A stretch of DNA of 64,000 nucleotides, taken from the NCBI GenBank assembly GCA_023264975.1, contig JAHFUS010000008.1, positions 7,219 to 71,218 of the forward strand, in the 5' to 3' direction. The position numbers and the translations under genes were made by a program. This DNA comes from Actinomycetes bacterium (GTDB taxonomy: Bacteria > Actinomycetota > Acidimicrobiia > Acidimicrobiales > GCA-2861595). The notes under the pieces are model-generated. The model did not search any database. It was not told the DNA's origin and saw only the letters and a list, made by a program, of their open reading frames with translations. This document shows positions 37,222 through 47,924 of this stretch, piece after piece. Position 1 is the first letter of the stretch; each line of letters starts with the position of its first letter.

Positions 37222-38631
37222 GTGTCCCCAGCCGACGTCCCCTACCGCTACGACCGCGACCGCACCGCCGCGTCCCTGCACGCCGAGTTCGACGGGCTGG
37301 AGCCGGGCGCCGAGACGGGCGTCACCGTGTCGGTGGCGGGCCGCCTCATGCTGCGCCGCGACCAGGGCAAGGTGGCCTTCGGCACCCTCCAGGACTCCAC
37401 CGGACGCGTCCAGCTCTTCGCCAGGGCCAACACCACGCCGTCGTACGACGGCTTCTGCGCCCTGTCGCTCGGCGACTGGACCGGTGTGAAGGGCCAGGTC
37501 GTGAAGACCCGCAAGGGCGAGCTGAGCGTCACCGTCGACGAGTGGACGGCGCTGGCCGAGGCCCGCCGCTCCTTCCCCGACAAGTGGCACGGAATCACCG
37601 ACACCGACACCCGCTACCGCCAGCGTTACGTCGACCTGTGGGTCACCGACGAGGCCCGCGCCGCCCTCCAGCTGCGCAGCCGGGCCGTCAGCCTGCTGCG
37701 CCGCTTCCTGGAGGACCGGGGCTTCATCGAGGTGGAGACGCCGATCTTCCACCCCATCCCGGGTGGGGCCACGGCCAAGCCGTTCGTCTCCCACCACAAC
37801 GCCCTCGACATGGACCTGTACCTGCGGATCGCCACCGAGCTGTACCTGAAGCGGCTGGTGGTGGGTGGCTTCGAGAAGGTCTTCGAGGTGGGCCGCACGT
37901 TCCGCAACGAGGGCCTGTCGCCCCGCCACAACCCCGAGTTCACCATGCTGGAGCTTTACGAGGCATACGCGGACTACGGCGACATGATGCGCATCACCGA
38001 GGAGCTGGTGGCCCACCTGGCCACCGAGGTGCGCGGCACCACCAGGCTCACCTACGGCGGGCGCGAACTCGACCTCACGCCGCCGTGGCGGCGCGCGACC
38101 CTCACCGAGCTGGTGGAGGAGCACGCCGGCGTGCACATCGACGTCGACACGCCGATCGACGACCTTCGCGCCATCGCCTCGGCCTCGGGGGTGGAGGTGG
38201 ACGAGGCGTGGGGTCCCGGGAAGCTGGTGCTGGAGGTCTACGAGACGACCACCGAGTCCGAGCTCTGGGGCCCGGTCTTCGTGTGCGACTACCCCAAGGA
38301 GGTCTCGCCGCTCGCACGGGCCCACCGGTCCAAGCCCGGCCTGGCCGAGCGCTTCGAGGCCATCGTCGCCGGCCGCGAGCTGGCCAACGCTTTCAGCGAG
38401 CTGGTCGACCCGGACGACCAGCGGGCCCGCTTCGAGGACCAGGCCCGGGCCAAGGCGGCGGGCGACGACGAGGCCATGGAGCTCGACGAGGACTTCCTGC
38501 GCGCCCTCGAGTACGGCATGCCCCCAACGGGCGGCCTCGGCATCGGCATCGACCGCCTGGTCATGCTCCTCGCCGACGCCCACCACATCCGCGACGTCCT
38601 CCTGTTCCCCACGCTGAGGCCGGAGCAGTAG
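37222..38631 (+). CDS. lysS: Lysine--tRNA ligase (class II)
   Basis: OB-fold N-terminus (VSVAGRLMLRRDQGKVAFGTLQD). Class II motifs FRNEG, ELANAFSEL, GGLGIGIDRLVM. GTG 37222 lies within a spurious 956-aa ORF. Confidence 0.95.
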   Translation: MSPADVPYRYDRDRTAASLHAEFDGLEPGAETGVTVSVAGRLMLRRDQGKVAFGTLQDSTGRVQLFARANTTPSYDGFCALSLGDWTGVKGQVVKTRKGELSVTVDEWTALAEARRSFPDKWHGITDTDTRYRQRYVDLWVTDEARAALQLRSRAVSLLRRFLEDRGFIEVETPIFHPIPGGATAKPFVSHHNALDMDLYLRIATELYLKRLVVGGFEKVFEVGRTFRNEGLSPRHNPEFTMLELYEAYADYGDMMRITEELVAHLATEVRGTTRLTYGGRELDLTPPWRRATLTELVEEHAGVHIDVDTPIDDLRAIASASGVEVDEAWGPGKLVLEVYETTTESELWGPVFVCDYPKEVSPLARAHRSKPGLAERFEAIVAGRELANAFSELVDPDDQRARFEDQARAKAAGDDEAMELDEDFLRALEYGMPPTGGLGIGIDRLVMLLADAHHIRDVLLFPTLRPEQ

Positions 38632-38648
38632 CAGTTCTCGTCGGTGAA

Positions 38649-38669
38649 ACGGCGCGAAATCCGCGCCGT
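38649..38669. terminator. Hairpin between convergent lysS and the polyprenyl synthase gene
   Basis: ACGGCGCG-aaatc-CGCGCCGT, an 8-bp perfect stem. There is no clear U-tract. Confidence 0.4.
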
Positions 38670-38692
38670 CCTGCCGACAAGAACGGCTGGCC

Positions 38693-39670
38693 TTATCCCG
38701 TGACGTCCTCCAGGAGCCTGTGGCCGAGTTGGGCCATGGCGGTCGTGACAGGGCCCGAGGGGAAGGTGGCAGCCGCTTCGGCCGCCTGGTCGGCGTAGCG
38801 CCGGCCGACACAGCAGGCGGCGGCGATGCCGTCGCTGGCCTTGACGATGTCGCGGGCCTTGTCCCGCTCGGGGCCGTCGAGGGGCTTGCCGAGCAGGGCC
38901 CGCAGCTCGCCGCCCGCCTCCGTCTCGGCCAGGGCCACGATCACCGGCAGGGTGTAGGTGCCCTGCACCAGGTCCTGGCCGGCCGCCTTGCCGAGCGACT
39001 CGTCGGTGCCGATCACGTCGAGGATGTCGTCGCGGATCTGGAACACCATGCCGAAGGCGAGGCCGTAGGCGGTCAGGGCGTCGATGGCGGGGCGGTCGAG
39101 GCCGGCGGTGATGCCGCCGATGCGGCACGACGCCGACATGAGCGACGCCGTCTTGCCGGCGATGGAGGAGAGGTAGGCCTGCTCGGTGCGGGCCACGTCG
39201 AAGGCGGTGCGAAGCTCGCCCACCTGGCCCTCGCACAGGCGGCCGATGGTGGCGGCCAGGAGACCGGCCACGTCGTTGCCGAGCGAGGCGGCGATCTCCG
39301 ACGCACGGGCCAGGAGGAAGTCGCCGGCCAGGATGGCCACCAGGTTCCCCCACCGGGAGTTCACGGTCTCCACGCCACGGCGGCTCGTGCCCTCGTCCAT
39401 CACGTCGTCGTGGTAGAGCGACCCGAGGTGCACCAGTTCGACCGAAACGCCCCCCTGGACCACGTCGGGCGTGGCCTCCACGCCGCCGGCCGCGGCCGCC
39501 ATGAGGGCGAGGGCGGGACGTAGGCGCTTGCCGCCGGCGGTGATGAGGTGACCGGCCACCTGGGAGAGGAACGGGTCCTCGGCCACCACCGAGCGGTGGA
39601 GCGCCTCCTCCAGCCCGGCGAGGTCGTCCCCCAGCCGGGGAAGGTTCAGCAGCTCGGCGATGTTGACCAT
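38693..39670 (-). CDS. Polyprenyl diphosphate synthase (trans-IPPS, GGPP/long-chain type)
   Basis: First DDxxD: SLYHDDVMDE. Second: FQIRDDILD. GKxxGxD present as GKAAGQDL. Confidence 0.9.
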   Translation of the reverse strand: MVNIAELLNLPRLGDDLAGLEEALHRSVVAEDPFLSQVAGHLITAGGKRLRPALALMAAAAGGVEATPDVVQGGVSVELVHLGSLYHDDVMDEGTSRRGVETVNSRWGNLVAILAGDFLLARASEIAASLGNDVAGLLAATIGRLCEGQVGELRTAFDVARTEQAYLSSIAGKTASLMSASCRIGGITAGLDRPAIDALTAYGLAFGMVFQIRDDILDVIGTDESLGKAAGQDLVQGTYTLPVIVALAETEAGGELRALLGKPLDGPERDKARDIVKASDGIAAACCVGRRYADQAAEAAATFPSGPVTTAMAQLGHRLLEDVTG

Positions 39671-39796
39671 CGGCTAAGACCGTACGCCACGTCGCCGATC
39701 AACAGACAACCGACGACGAGGGCCCGATCGCCCTCGATCCGAACCCCTGGGTAGACTTGGAACCCGGACCACTCACTCCACCTAGGAGGCGGTCAC

Positions 39797-42295
39797 TTGT
39801 TCGAACGCTTCACCGATAGGGCCCGCAGGGTTCTCGTGCTGGCGCAGGAGGAAGCGCGCCTGCTCAACCACAACTTCATCGGCACCGAGCACATTCTCCT
39901 CGGCTTGATCCACGAGGGCGAGGGGGTGGCGGCCAAGGCTCTCGAATCACTCGGGATCTCCTTGGAAGCGGTACGCGAGAAGGTGGAGGAGACGATCGGC
40001 CCGGCCGGATCATCCACCACCGGGTCGCCACCGTTCACGCCCCGGGCTAAGAAGGTGCTCGAGCTGTCGCTGCGAGAAGCCCTGCAGCTGGGCCACAACT
40101 ACATCGGCACCGAGCACATGCTCCTCGGCCTCGTCCGCGAAGGCGAGGGTGTGGCGGCCCAGGTGCTGGTCAACCTGGGGGCCGACCTGTCCCGGGTCCG
40201 CCAGCAGGTCATCACCCTGCTGTCCGGCTACGCCGGCGGCAAGGAGGGCGCCACCACCAGCGGCGCCACCGGCGCCGGCAGCGCGGAGACGCCTTCGGGC
40301 TCGCCCGTGCTCGACCAGTTCGGCCGTAACCTCACCACCCAGGCCCGGGAGAAGAAGCTCGACCCGGTCATCGGGCGTGAGCGCGAGATCGAGCGGGTCA
40401 TGCAGGTGCTGTCCCGGCGCACCAAGAACAACCCGGTGCTCATCGGCGAGCCCGGTGTGGGCAAGACGGCCATCGTCGAGGGCCTCTCCCAGCGCATCGT
40501 GGCCAACGACGTGCCCGACACGCTCAAGGGCAAGCAGCTCTACACCCTCGACCTGGGCGCACTGGTCGCGGGGTCCCGTTACCGCGGCGACTTCGAGGAG
40601 CGCCTGAAGAAGGTGCTGAAGGAGATCCGCACCCGCGGCGACATCATCCTGTTCATCGACGAGCTGCACACGCTCGTGGGTGCAGGGGCGGCCGAGGGTG
40701 CCATCGACGCGGCGTCGATCCTCAAGCCCATGCTGGCGCGGGGCGAGCTGCAGACCATCGGCGCCACCACCCTCGACGAGTACCGCAAGCACCTGGAGAA
40801 AGACGCCGCCCTCGAGCGCCGCTTCCAGCCCATCAAGGTGGAGGAGCCCACGCTGGCCCACACCATCGAGATCCTGAAGGGCCTGCGCGACCGCTACGAG
40901 GCGCACCACAGCGTCACCATCACCGACCAGGCCCTGGTGGCCGCCGCCAACCTGGCCGACCGCTACATCTCCGACCGCTTCCTGCCCGACAAGGCCATCG
41001 ACCTCATCGACGAGGCGGGCTCACGGCTGCGCATCCGGCGCATGTCCACGCCCACCGACTACAAGCAGCTCGAGGAGGAGATCGCCAAGGCCCGCAAGGA
41101 GAAGGAGCAGCACATCGAGCACCAGGCCTTCGACCTGGCCAAAAGCGCCTCGGAGAGGGAGAAGGGCCTGCTGGTGCGCCGCGAGGCCAAGGAGGTCGAG
41201 CTGCGGGCCGCCGGCGACAACCTGTTCGACGTCGTCGACGAGGAGGTCATCGCCGAGGTCCTGGCCAACTGGACGGGCATCCCGGTGACCCAGCTCACCG
41301 AGGAGGAGACGGCCAAGTTGCTGCGCATGGAGGAGGACCTCCACCGGCGCATCATCGGCCAGGAGGACGCCATCTCGGCGCTCTCCCGGGCCATCCGCCG
41401 CACCCGGGCCGGCCTCAAGGACCCCAAGCGCCCCAGCGGCTCGTTCATCTTCCTGGGCCCGACAGGCGTGGGGAAGACGGAGCTGGCCAAGGCCCTGTCG
41501 GAGTTCCTGTTCGGGGACGAGTCGGCGCTGATCCAGCTCGACATGTCCGAGTACATGGAGAAGCACACCGTCTCCCGCCTGGTCGGCTCGCCCCCGGGTT
41601 ACGTCGGCTACGAGGAGGGCGGCCAGCTCACCGAGGCCGTGCGGCGCAAGCCGTTCTCCATCGTTCTGTTCGACGAGATCGAAAAGGCCCACCCCGACGT
41701 GTTCAACACCCTCCTGCAGATCCTCGAGGACGGGCGCCTCACCGACGCCCAGGGCCGCTCGGTGGACTTCAAGAACACCGTGCTGATCATGACCTCGAAC
41801 CTGGGCACGGCCGACCTGCGCAAGGCGTCGATCGGCTTTGCCAAGACGAGCGAGTCGGTCACCTACGAGCGCATGAAGGAGAAGGTCAACGACGCCCTGA
41901 AGCAGCACTTCAGGCCCGAGTTCCTGAACCGCATCGACGAGGTCATCGTCTTCCACGAGCTCACCAAGGACGAGGTCACCCAGATCGTCGACCTGATGAT
42001 CAAGCGGGTCCGCGAGCAGCTCGAGGGCCAGGGGCTCGGCTTCGAGCTCACCCAGGAGGCCAAGCTGTACCTGGCCGACAAGGGTTACGACCCCACGCTG
42101 GGCGCCCGGCCGCTGCGCCGGGCCATCCAGACCTACATCGAGAACCCGCTCTCCGAGCGGATCCTGGTGAAGGAGTTCGCGGCCGGCATCACCATCGTGG
42201 TCGAGGTGGAGGACGGGGAACTGGTCTTCCGGTCCATCGAGCCCCTCGAGCCCCCGCCGGTCGAGCTGGCCGGTACCGGTTCCGGGTCCGAGTAG
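39797..42295 (+). CDS. clpC: ATP-dependent Clp protease ATP-binding subunit ClpC
   Basis: TTG start 8 nt after AGGAGG. Clp_N repeats ([12 protein letters not shown]...). Two AAA modules (GEPGVGKTA; GPTGVGKTE) and a UVR-like linker. Confidence 0.95.
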   Translation: MFERFTDRARRVLVLAQEEARLLNHNFIGTEHILLGLIHEGEGVAAKALESLGISLEAVREKVEETIGPAGSSTTGSPPFTPRAKKVLELSLREALQLGHNYIGTEHMLLGLVREGEGVAAQVLVNLGADLSRVRQQVITLLSGYAGGKEGATTSGATGAGSAETPSGSPVLDQFGRNLTTQAREKKLDPVIGREREIERVMQVLSRRTKNNPVLIGEPGVGKTAIVEGLSQRIVANDVPDTLKGKQLYTLDLGALVAGSRYRGDFEERLKKVLKEIRTRGDIILFIDELHTLVGAGAAEGAIDAASILKPMLARGELQTIGATTLDEYRKHLEKDAALERRFQPIKVEEPTLAHTIEILKGLRDRYEAHHSVTITDQALVAAANLADRYISDRFLPDKAIDLIDEAGSRLRIRRMSTPTDYKQLEEEIAKARKEKEQHIEHQAFDLAKSASEREKGLLVRREAKEVELRAAGDNLFDVVDEEVIAEVLANWTGIPVTQLTEEETAKLLRMEEDLHRRIIGQEDAISALSRAIRRTRAGLKDPKRPSGSFIFLGPTGVGKTELAKALSEFLFGDESALIQLDMSEYMEKHTVSRLVGSPPGYVGYEEGGQLTEAVRRKPFSIVLFDEIEKAHPDVFNTLLQILEDGRLTDAQGRSVDFKNTVLIMTSNLGTADLRKASIGFAKTSESVTYERMKEKVNDALKQHFRPEFLNRIDEVIVFHELTKDEVTQIVDLMIKRVREQLEGQGLGFELTQEAKLYLADKGYDPTLGARPLRRAIQTYIENPLSERILVKEFAAGITIVVEVEDGELVFRSIEPLEPPPVELAGTGSGSE

Positions 42296-42317
42296 CCGGC
42301 GCAGGCGCCAGGCGCGC

Positions 42318-42350
42318 AAGAGGCCCCCGCCGGGAAGGCGGGGGCCTCTT
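42318..42350. terminator. Strong GC hairpin, bidirectional terminator between clpC and the convergent metalloprotease gene
   Basis: AAGAGGCCCCCGCC-gggaa-GGCGGGGGCCTCTT (14-bp perfect stem), followed by a T-containing tail. Confidence 0.6.
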
Positions 42351-42374
42351 GTCGTTCGGAGTGAGGGTGCCGGG

Positions 42375-43154
42375 CTACTCGGCCCAGGTCACGAAGGTGA
42401 ACACCTGCTCGCCGTTGCCGAGGTCCCGGGCGAACAGCGAGGGCTTCCCGTCCCTCGAGTACCGGACGGCGGTGCCCCACTCGGCCCGGCTGTTGCCGGC
42501 GCCGGCGGCTGAGGGGCTGGCTGCCGCCGCTCCCACGGTGGTCGTGCTGTCAACGTGGGCGTAGATGCTCACCAACTGGTCGTAGTCGTGGGTGTTGGGC
42601 GCCACGTTCGAGGGCGGCCCGAGGGGGTTGCTCGTGTAGTCCATGCACGTGCCCAGGTTGGTGTTGGTCTGGTTCTCGTCCTGGTGGCCCAAGCCGAACG
42701 TGTGGCCCACCTCCTGGCACATGACCATGCGCCGCCACTCGGCCTTGTTGTAGCTCGACGTGTTGAAGTAGCTGTCGTTCACCTTGACGGCGCCCTTGGT
42801 GATGTGGTCCCCGCTGGCCCAGATCTGGGCCAGGCCCAGCCAGCCGTTGTTGCCGTAGGTGGCGTTGCAGACCTCGACCCGGCCGGTCGGGGGAGTGCAG
42901 CGCTTGAGGTTCGTCACGGTCCCGGTCGCCTTGCTCGTGTCGAGGACGCTCGACCCGCTCCAGTCGGTCGACGCCTGGTCCAGGTACGGGTCCCACGCGG
43001 AGGAGACGTTGTCGCCCAGCGTGAGGGTGAAGGTGGTGCCGGTCCTCGCCCAGTGGTAGTTGGCCCAGGCGTGGTCGGCGGCGGCGGGGCCGGCGGCCGT
43101 GCCGGCCAGGGCGGCGGTGGCGGCGAGGGGGAGGATCAGGCGGCGGAGGCGCAT
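42375..43154 (-). CDS. Secreted metzincin-type zinc metalloprotease (snapalysin/matrixin-like)
   Basis: Signal peptide MRLRRLILPLAATAALAG. Extended zinc motif HTFGLGH in QEVGHTFGLGHQDE. Confidence 0.8.
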   Translation of the reverse strand: MRLRRLILPLAATAALAGTAAGPAAADHAWANYHWARTGTTFTLTLGDNVSSAWDPYLDQASTDWSGSSVLDTSKATGTVTNLKRCTPPTGRVEVCNATYGNNGWLGLAQIWASGDHITKGAVKVNDSYFNTSSYNKAEWRRMVMCQEVGHTFGLGHQDENQTNTNLGTCMDYTSNPLGPPSNVAPNTHDYDQLVSIYAHVDSTTTVGAAAASPSAAGAGNSRAEWGTAVRYSRDGKPSLFARDLGNGEQVFTFVTWAE

Positions 43155-43336
43155 GAGCGGTTCGTCCTTTGTGGGGTGCAGCGGGTGATGGTCCAGTCAG
43201 CGAGTCATCGGCAGCTTTGCGATTCGCGAGAGCGCGGAGTGCCCACCGTGATACGAACCACCGCAGCAACTGATACACGGCCCCGGCCGGGAATCCAAGG
43301 GTCATCTGCCCGTATGTCACGAGCGCGACGGGCCCT

Positions 43337-44146
43337 TTGACCGTCGGTAGCCTCAACGCCGTGGGCGACGCCGGTGGTCGACAGGTGTCCCCTCGCCACC
43401 TGCTTGCCGCCCGCGTCCTCGCCGCCGCCGTGGCCCTGATCGCCCTGGGTGCCTGCCGGGCCGACCTTTCGGTCGAGGTGGAGGCGACCGCCGGGGGCAG
43501 GGGCCACATCCGCGCCGTCCTCACCCTGGACAAGGAGGCCGCCGCCCAGGTGCCGGACCTGGCGCAACAGCTGCGGGTGGAGGACCTCGAGCGGGCCGGC
43601 TGGGACATCGACGGCCCGGGCCCGACCGACGGGGGGGGCGTGACCCTGCGGGTCTCCAAGCCCTTCTCGTCGCCTACCGGCGCCGCCCGGGCGATCGAGG
43701 AGTTGAGCGGGGCCGGCGGCCCGTTCTCGACCCTGCGCCTGACCAGGGAGCGCGGCCTGTGGAAGACGAAGACGGCGTTGCGGGGGACCGTCGACCTCAC
43801 CGCCGGCCTCGGGGCGTTCGGCGACGACGCCCTCACTGCGACACTGGGGGCGCCCAACCTGGGGCTCGACCCGGCGGCGGTGGAGCGGGAGTTGGGCAAG
43901 CCCCTTCCCGAGGCTGTGCGGGTCGAGTTGATCGGGCGGCTGCCGGGCACCGTCAGGTCGAACGCCCCGTCGTCCCGCGACGGCGCCGGCGTATGGCCCG
44001 TCGTTCTCGGCGCCACATCGGCCGTGACGGCCTCGTCGGAAGTGTGGAACGTGCTCACGCTGGCCTTCGCCGGGCTGGCGGCGGTGAGCGGGCTCGCCCT
44101 TCTTGTCGTCCTTGTCAGGCGTAGTCGATTTTTTTCGTGGCTGTGA
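43337..44146 (+). CDS. LppM-like (DUF3153-type) lipoprotein with C-terminal TM anchor
   Basis: N-terminal hydrophobic segment with lipobox-like LIALGAC. C-terminal helix LTLAFAGLAAVSGLALLVVLV followed by basic residues. The family assignment is from memory of LppM architecture. Confidence 0.5.
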   Translation: MTVGSLNAVGDAGGRQVSPRHLLAARVLAAAVALIALGACRADLSVEVEATAGGRGHIRAVLTLDKEAAAQVPDLAQQLRVEDLERAGWDIDGPGPTDGGGVTLRVSKPFSSPTGAARAIEELSGAGGPFSTLRLTRERGLWKTKTALRGTVDLTAGLGAFGDDALTATLGAPNLGLDPAAVERELGKPLPEAVRVELIGRLPGTVRSNAPSSRDGAGVWPVVLGATSAVTASSEVWNVLTLAFAGLAAVSGLALLVVLVRRSRFFSWL

Positions 44147-44223
44147 CCAAAGGCCCTGGTGCCGCCGCGCCCACGCGCCACACTTCGTGACAGGGCGCCC
44201 ACGCCGGGGCGCAGCTCGGGGGG

Positions 44224-45276
44224 ATGACGATGCGGGGAACGTCAAGGGTTGCCACACGCGCGCTGTTGGCGGTCGCTGTGACGGGAGCGCTGCTGGTCAG
44301 CGGGCTGTCCGGGCCGGCCAGCTCAGCCGAGGAGCAGGTGGCCGGCGACCACGGCCACGGCGCAGCCCAAAAGCACCGCTCGCACGGTCCCGACGGCATC
44401 GCCCTCGACCGCCAGGACCTGGTGGCGGCGCCGTTCGCGGCCGACGCCGAGGTGCCCTGGGCGTCCCCCGAGTACGACGGCGCCGCCTACACGAGCGACC
44501 GTCCGGACGTGGCCGGCCGGGCCGGCCTGGCCATGGTGCACGCGATCTACGTGTACGCCAGGGAGATGTCGAGCCGATTCCCGACCTTCGGCGCCATGTT
44601 CCAGGCCGACATGCGCGACGCCTCCAGGCTGCTCCAGACGCAGTACGGCCGCGGCATCCGCTTCGACGAGCGGCCGGACACCCGTGGCGGCGGCCGGCCC
44701 ACCGTGGTCGACGTCACCGTCGTCCACAGCCGGTACCGCTCCGCCCAGCTGGGCGCCGCCAACCAGTTCGACGTGGTAGCCGGCGAGCTGGCGGCCGACG
44801 GCCGGTTCTCCAACCCCGACAAGAAGTACGTCGTCTTCCTCGACGCCCCCTCGCAGTACTGCGGCCAGGGGGAGCTGTGGCAGGACACCCGGCGCAACGC
44901 CGGCAACGCCAGCGAGCAGCGCACCATCGCCATCGTCTACCGGCCCTACGACCCGAACACCGCCACCACCGGCGGGTTCTGCCGGGGCCGCACCCTGCGT
45001 CACGAGCTCGGGCACAACCTCGGGGCGCTGCAGAACGTGGCGCCGCACGCCTTCGACGGCGCCCACTGCGCCGACAGCGCGGAGGACACCATGTGCTACA
45101 CGTTCGCCAACACCCCGGACACCGGTGCGGCAGTGTTCGACTACGGCAACGACGACTACTGGGACCCCATCGCCGCCGGCGGCACCACCAAGCTCCCGTG
45201 GTGGACGGTGAACCTGTCGAGGTTCGTCTGCCCCCCCGGCGGCGACTGCAGCAGGCCGAACATCCCGGAGTTCTGA
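44224..45276 (+). CDS. Secreted putative zinc metalloprotease (HExxH)
   Basis: Signal peptide ending ...SGPASSA. HELGHNLGA followed by further His/Asp residues and several Cys. Confidence 0.65.
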   Translation: MTMRGTSRVATRALLAVAVTGALLVSGLSGPASSAEEQVAGDHGHGAAQKHRSHGPDGIALDRQDLVAAPFAADAEVPWASPEYDGAAYTSDRPDVAGRAGLAMVHAIYVYAREMSSRFPTFGAMFQADMRDASRLLQTQYGRGIRFDERPDTRGGGRPTVVDVTVVHSRYRSAQLGAANQFDVVAGELAADGRFSNPDKKYVVFLDAPSQYCGQGELWQDTRRNAGNASEQRTIAIVYRPYDPNTATTGGFCRGRTLRHELGHNLGALQNVAPHAFDGAHCADSAEDTMCYTFANTPDTGAAVFDYGNDDYWDPIAAGGTTKLPWWTVNLSRFVCPPGGDCSRPNIPEF

Positions 45277-45450
45277 CGGGGTCGGGAGGCCACGATCGGA
45301 CGACCCTGGTCATGAGCGAGGCGGAGCAGTACGTGACGCCAGGTAGTGGTAGCGGCGGGCACTCGAGGGGCGCCCGTCGTGTTGAACGGGGTCTGACTCG
45401 GTTGCTCCCCGCGGCGGCGCGGTCACACCCACTCCGTAGGCTGGCCGCCG

Positions 45451-46824
45451 ATGGCCCGCCTCAGGACTGTGCACCGCTGCCGGGAGTGCGGGGCGGGGTC
45501 GGCGCAGTGGAGTGGGCGGTGCCCGGGGTGCGGGGATTGGAACACGCTGGTCGAGGAGGTGGAGGGCCCGTCGCCCCGGCGGGCGGCGGCGGCGGGAGTG
45601 GCCGGCGGCGACCGGCCGGTGCTGGTGGCCGACGTGGAGATGGCCGAGTGGCGGGCCCGGCCCACCGGCATCGGTGAGCTCGACCGGGTGCTGGGGGGCG
45701 GGCTGGTGCCGGGGTCCGCCACGTTGGTGGGGGGCGAGCCGGGGATCGGGAAGTCGACCCTGCTGCTCCAGGCGGCGGCGGCCATGGCTGCCGCCGGGGC
45801 CCGGTGCCTGCTGGTGTCGGCCGAGGAGTCCAAGCAGCAGGTGCGGTTGCGGGCCGAGCGCCTGGGCGCACTGGAGGCCGGCCTGTGGCTGGTGTCGCAG
45901 ACGTCGCTGGGAGGGATCGTGGCGGCGGTGGACGAGGTGAAGCCCGACGTCCTGGTCGTCGACTCGATCCAGACCGTGTTCGACCCCGAGATCGGCTCGG
46001 CACCGGGCTCGGTGGTGCAGGTGCGGGAGTGCGCCCACCAGTTGGTCGGGCTGGCCAAGCAGCGGGGCCTCGCCACCGTGCTGGTCGGCCACGTCACCAA
46101 GGACGGCGCACTCGCCGGCCCACGGGTCCTCGAGCACGTGGTCGACACCGTGCTGTCCTTCGAGGGTGAGCGCCACCATTCCCTGCGCCTCCTGCGGGCG
46201 GCCAAGCACCGCTTCGGCCCCGCCGGCGAGCTCGGCCTGTTCGAGATGGCGGGTGGGGGTCTGGTGGGCGTCCCCGATCCGGGCGCCCTCTTCCTGGGCG
46301 ACCGGCGGCCGGGCGTGCCCGGGTCGGTCGTCGTGCCGGCCATGGAGGGCCAGCGACCGCTGCTGGTGGAGGTGCAGGCGCTGGTGACCAGGAACGAGGC
46401 GCCCAACCCCCGTCGGTCGGCCCAGGGCCTCGACGCCGGCCGGGTGTCGCTCGTGCTGGCCGTGCTGGGGGAGCGGGCGGGCGTCCCGCTGAGCAGGTAC
46501 GACGTGTACGCGTCGGCCGTGGGCGGCGTGCGCATCGTGGAGCCGGCTGCCGACCTGGCCGTGGCGCTGGCCCTCGCCTCGGCCGCCACCGGCCGGCCCC
46601 TGCCATCCGACCTGGTGGCATGCGGCGAGATCGGCCTGGCCGGCGAGCTGCGCCGGGTGGGCCACGCCGAGCGGCGCCTGTCGGAGGCGGCGCGCCTCGG
46701 GTTCCGCCGGGCCGTCGTGGCCGCCTCCGCCCCCGACGGCCCCGCTGGGCTGGAGGTGGTCAAGCTGGCGTCCCTCGACGAGGCCCTCAGGCTGGTCGGT
46801 CTCGCAGGGCCCTCACAGAAGTAG
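45451..46824 (+). CDS. radA: DNA repair protein RadA
   Basis: N-terminal zinc finger CRECG...CPGC, Walker A GEPGIGKST, KNRFG-type motif AKHRFGP, Lon-like C-terminal domain. Confidence 0.95.
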   Translation: MARLRTVHRCRECGAGSAQWSGRCPGCGDWNTLVEEVEGPSPRRAAAAGVAGGDRPVLVADVEMAEWRARPTGIGELDRVLGGGLVPGSATLVGGEPGIGKSTLLLQAAAAMAAAGARCLLVSAEESKQQVRLRAERLGALEAGLWLVSQTSLGGIVAAVDEVKPDVLVVDSIQTVFDPEIGSAPGSVVQVRECAHQLVGLAKQRGLATVLVGHVTKDGALAGPRVLEHVVDTVLSFEGERHHSLRLLRAAKHRFGPAGELGLFEMAGGGLVGVPDPGALFLGDRRPGVPGSVVVPAMEGQRPLLVEVQALVTRNEAPNPRRSAQGLDAGRVSLVLAVLGERAGVPLSRYDVYASAVGGVRIVEPAADLAVALALASAATGRPLPSDLVACGEIGLAGELRRVGHAERRLSEAARLGFRRAVVAASAPDGPAGLEVVKLASLDEALRLVGLAGPSQK

Positions 46825-46833
46825 AATCCGCTC

Positions 46834-47907
46834 GTGCTCAGCCGGCGCAGTACGGCGATGACCGAGGCGCTGGGCGCCGTCGCCCCGGGCCGCCCGCTCA
46901 GGGAGGGCCTCGACCGCATCCTGCAGGCCAACATGGGCGCCCTCATCGTGGTGGGCGACGGTCCCGACGTGTTGGCTATCTGCTCCGGCGGTTTCCTGCT
47001 CGACGCCGAGTTCAGCCCCCAGCGGCTGTCCGAGCTGGCCAAGATGGACGGAGCCATCATCCTGGCGTCCGACGCCAGCCGTATCGCCCGGGCCAACGTC
47101 CACCTGGTGCCCAACCCCAACGTGCCCACGTCGGAGACGGGCACCCGGCACCGCACGGCCGAGCGGGTGGCCAGGTCGGTCGACGTGCCGGTGATCTCGG
47201 TGTCCGAGGACATGTCGATCATCGCCGTGTACCGCCAGGACACCAAGCACCCGCTCGAGCCGGCGCCCCGCCTGGTCAACCGGGCCAACCAGGCCCTGCA
47301 GACCCTGGAGCGCTACAAGACCCGTCTCGACGCCGTGAGCGGGGCCTTGTCGGCCCTCGAGGTCGAGGACCTGGTGACGGTGCGCGACGTGGTCACCGTG
47401 CTGCAGCGGGCTGAGATGGTGGGGCGCATCGCCGAGGAGATCGACGGCTACATCGTCGAGCTCGGCACCGACGGCCGTCTCGTCCTGCTCCAGCTCGAGG
47501 AGCTCATGGGCGGCGTGGCCGACGAGCGCCGGCTGGTGATCAAGGACTACTTCCAGGACAGGCTCCGGTGGAAGCTGGAGGAGGCGCTGGAGGCGCTGTC
47601 GAGCCTGAGCACCGAGGACCTGCTCGACCTCAAGACGGTCGTCACCGTGTTGCACCTGCCCGAGCCGTCCAGCGAGATGGAGGCCGGCGTGCAGCCGCGC
47701 GGCTACCGGCTGCTGTCGAAGATCCCCCGCCTGCCGGACCAGATCATCGAGAACATCGTGGTCCGCTTCGGCGGCCTGCAGAAGGTGCTGCGGGCCAGCA
47801 TCGAGGAGCTCGACGACGTGGACGGGGTGGGCGAGGTACGGGCCCGCGCCATCAAGGAAGGCCTCTCCCGCCTGGCCGAGACGTCAATCCTCGACCGCTA
47901 TGCCTGA
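46834..47907 (+). CDS. disA: DNA integrity scanning protein DisA (diadenylate cyclase)
   Basis: DAC domain GALIVVGD...DGAII...GTRHRTAER, with a C-terminal HhH (VDGVGEVRARAI). Confidence 0.95.
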   Translation: MLSRRSTAMTEALGAVAPGRPLREGLDRILQANMGALIVVGDGPDVLAICSGGFLLDAEFSPQRLSELAKMDGAIILASDASRIARANVHLVPNPNVPTSETGTRHRTAERVARSVDVPVISVSEDMSIIAVYRQDTKHPLEPAPRLVNRANQALQTLERYKTRLDAVSGALSALEVEDLVTVRDVVTVLQRAEMVGRIAEEIDGYIVELGTDGRLVLLQLEELMGGVADERRLVIKDYFQDRLRWKLEEALEALSSLSTEDLLDLKTVVTVLHLPEPSSEMEAGVQPRGYRLLSKIPRLPDQIIENIVVRFGGLQKVLRASIEELDDVDGVGEVRARAIKEGLSRLAETSILDRYA

Positions 47908-47924
47908 GTTTCGCCCTCACTCGC

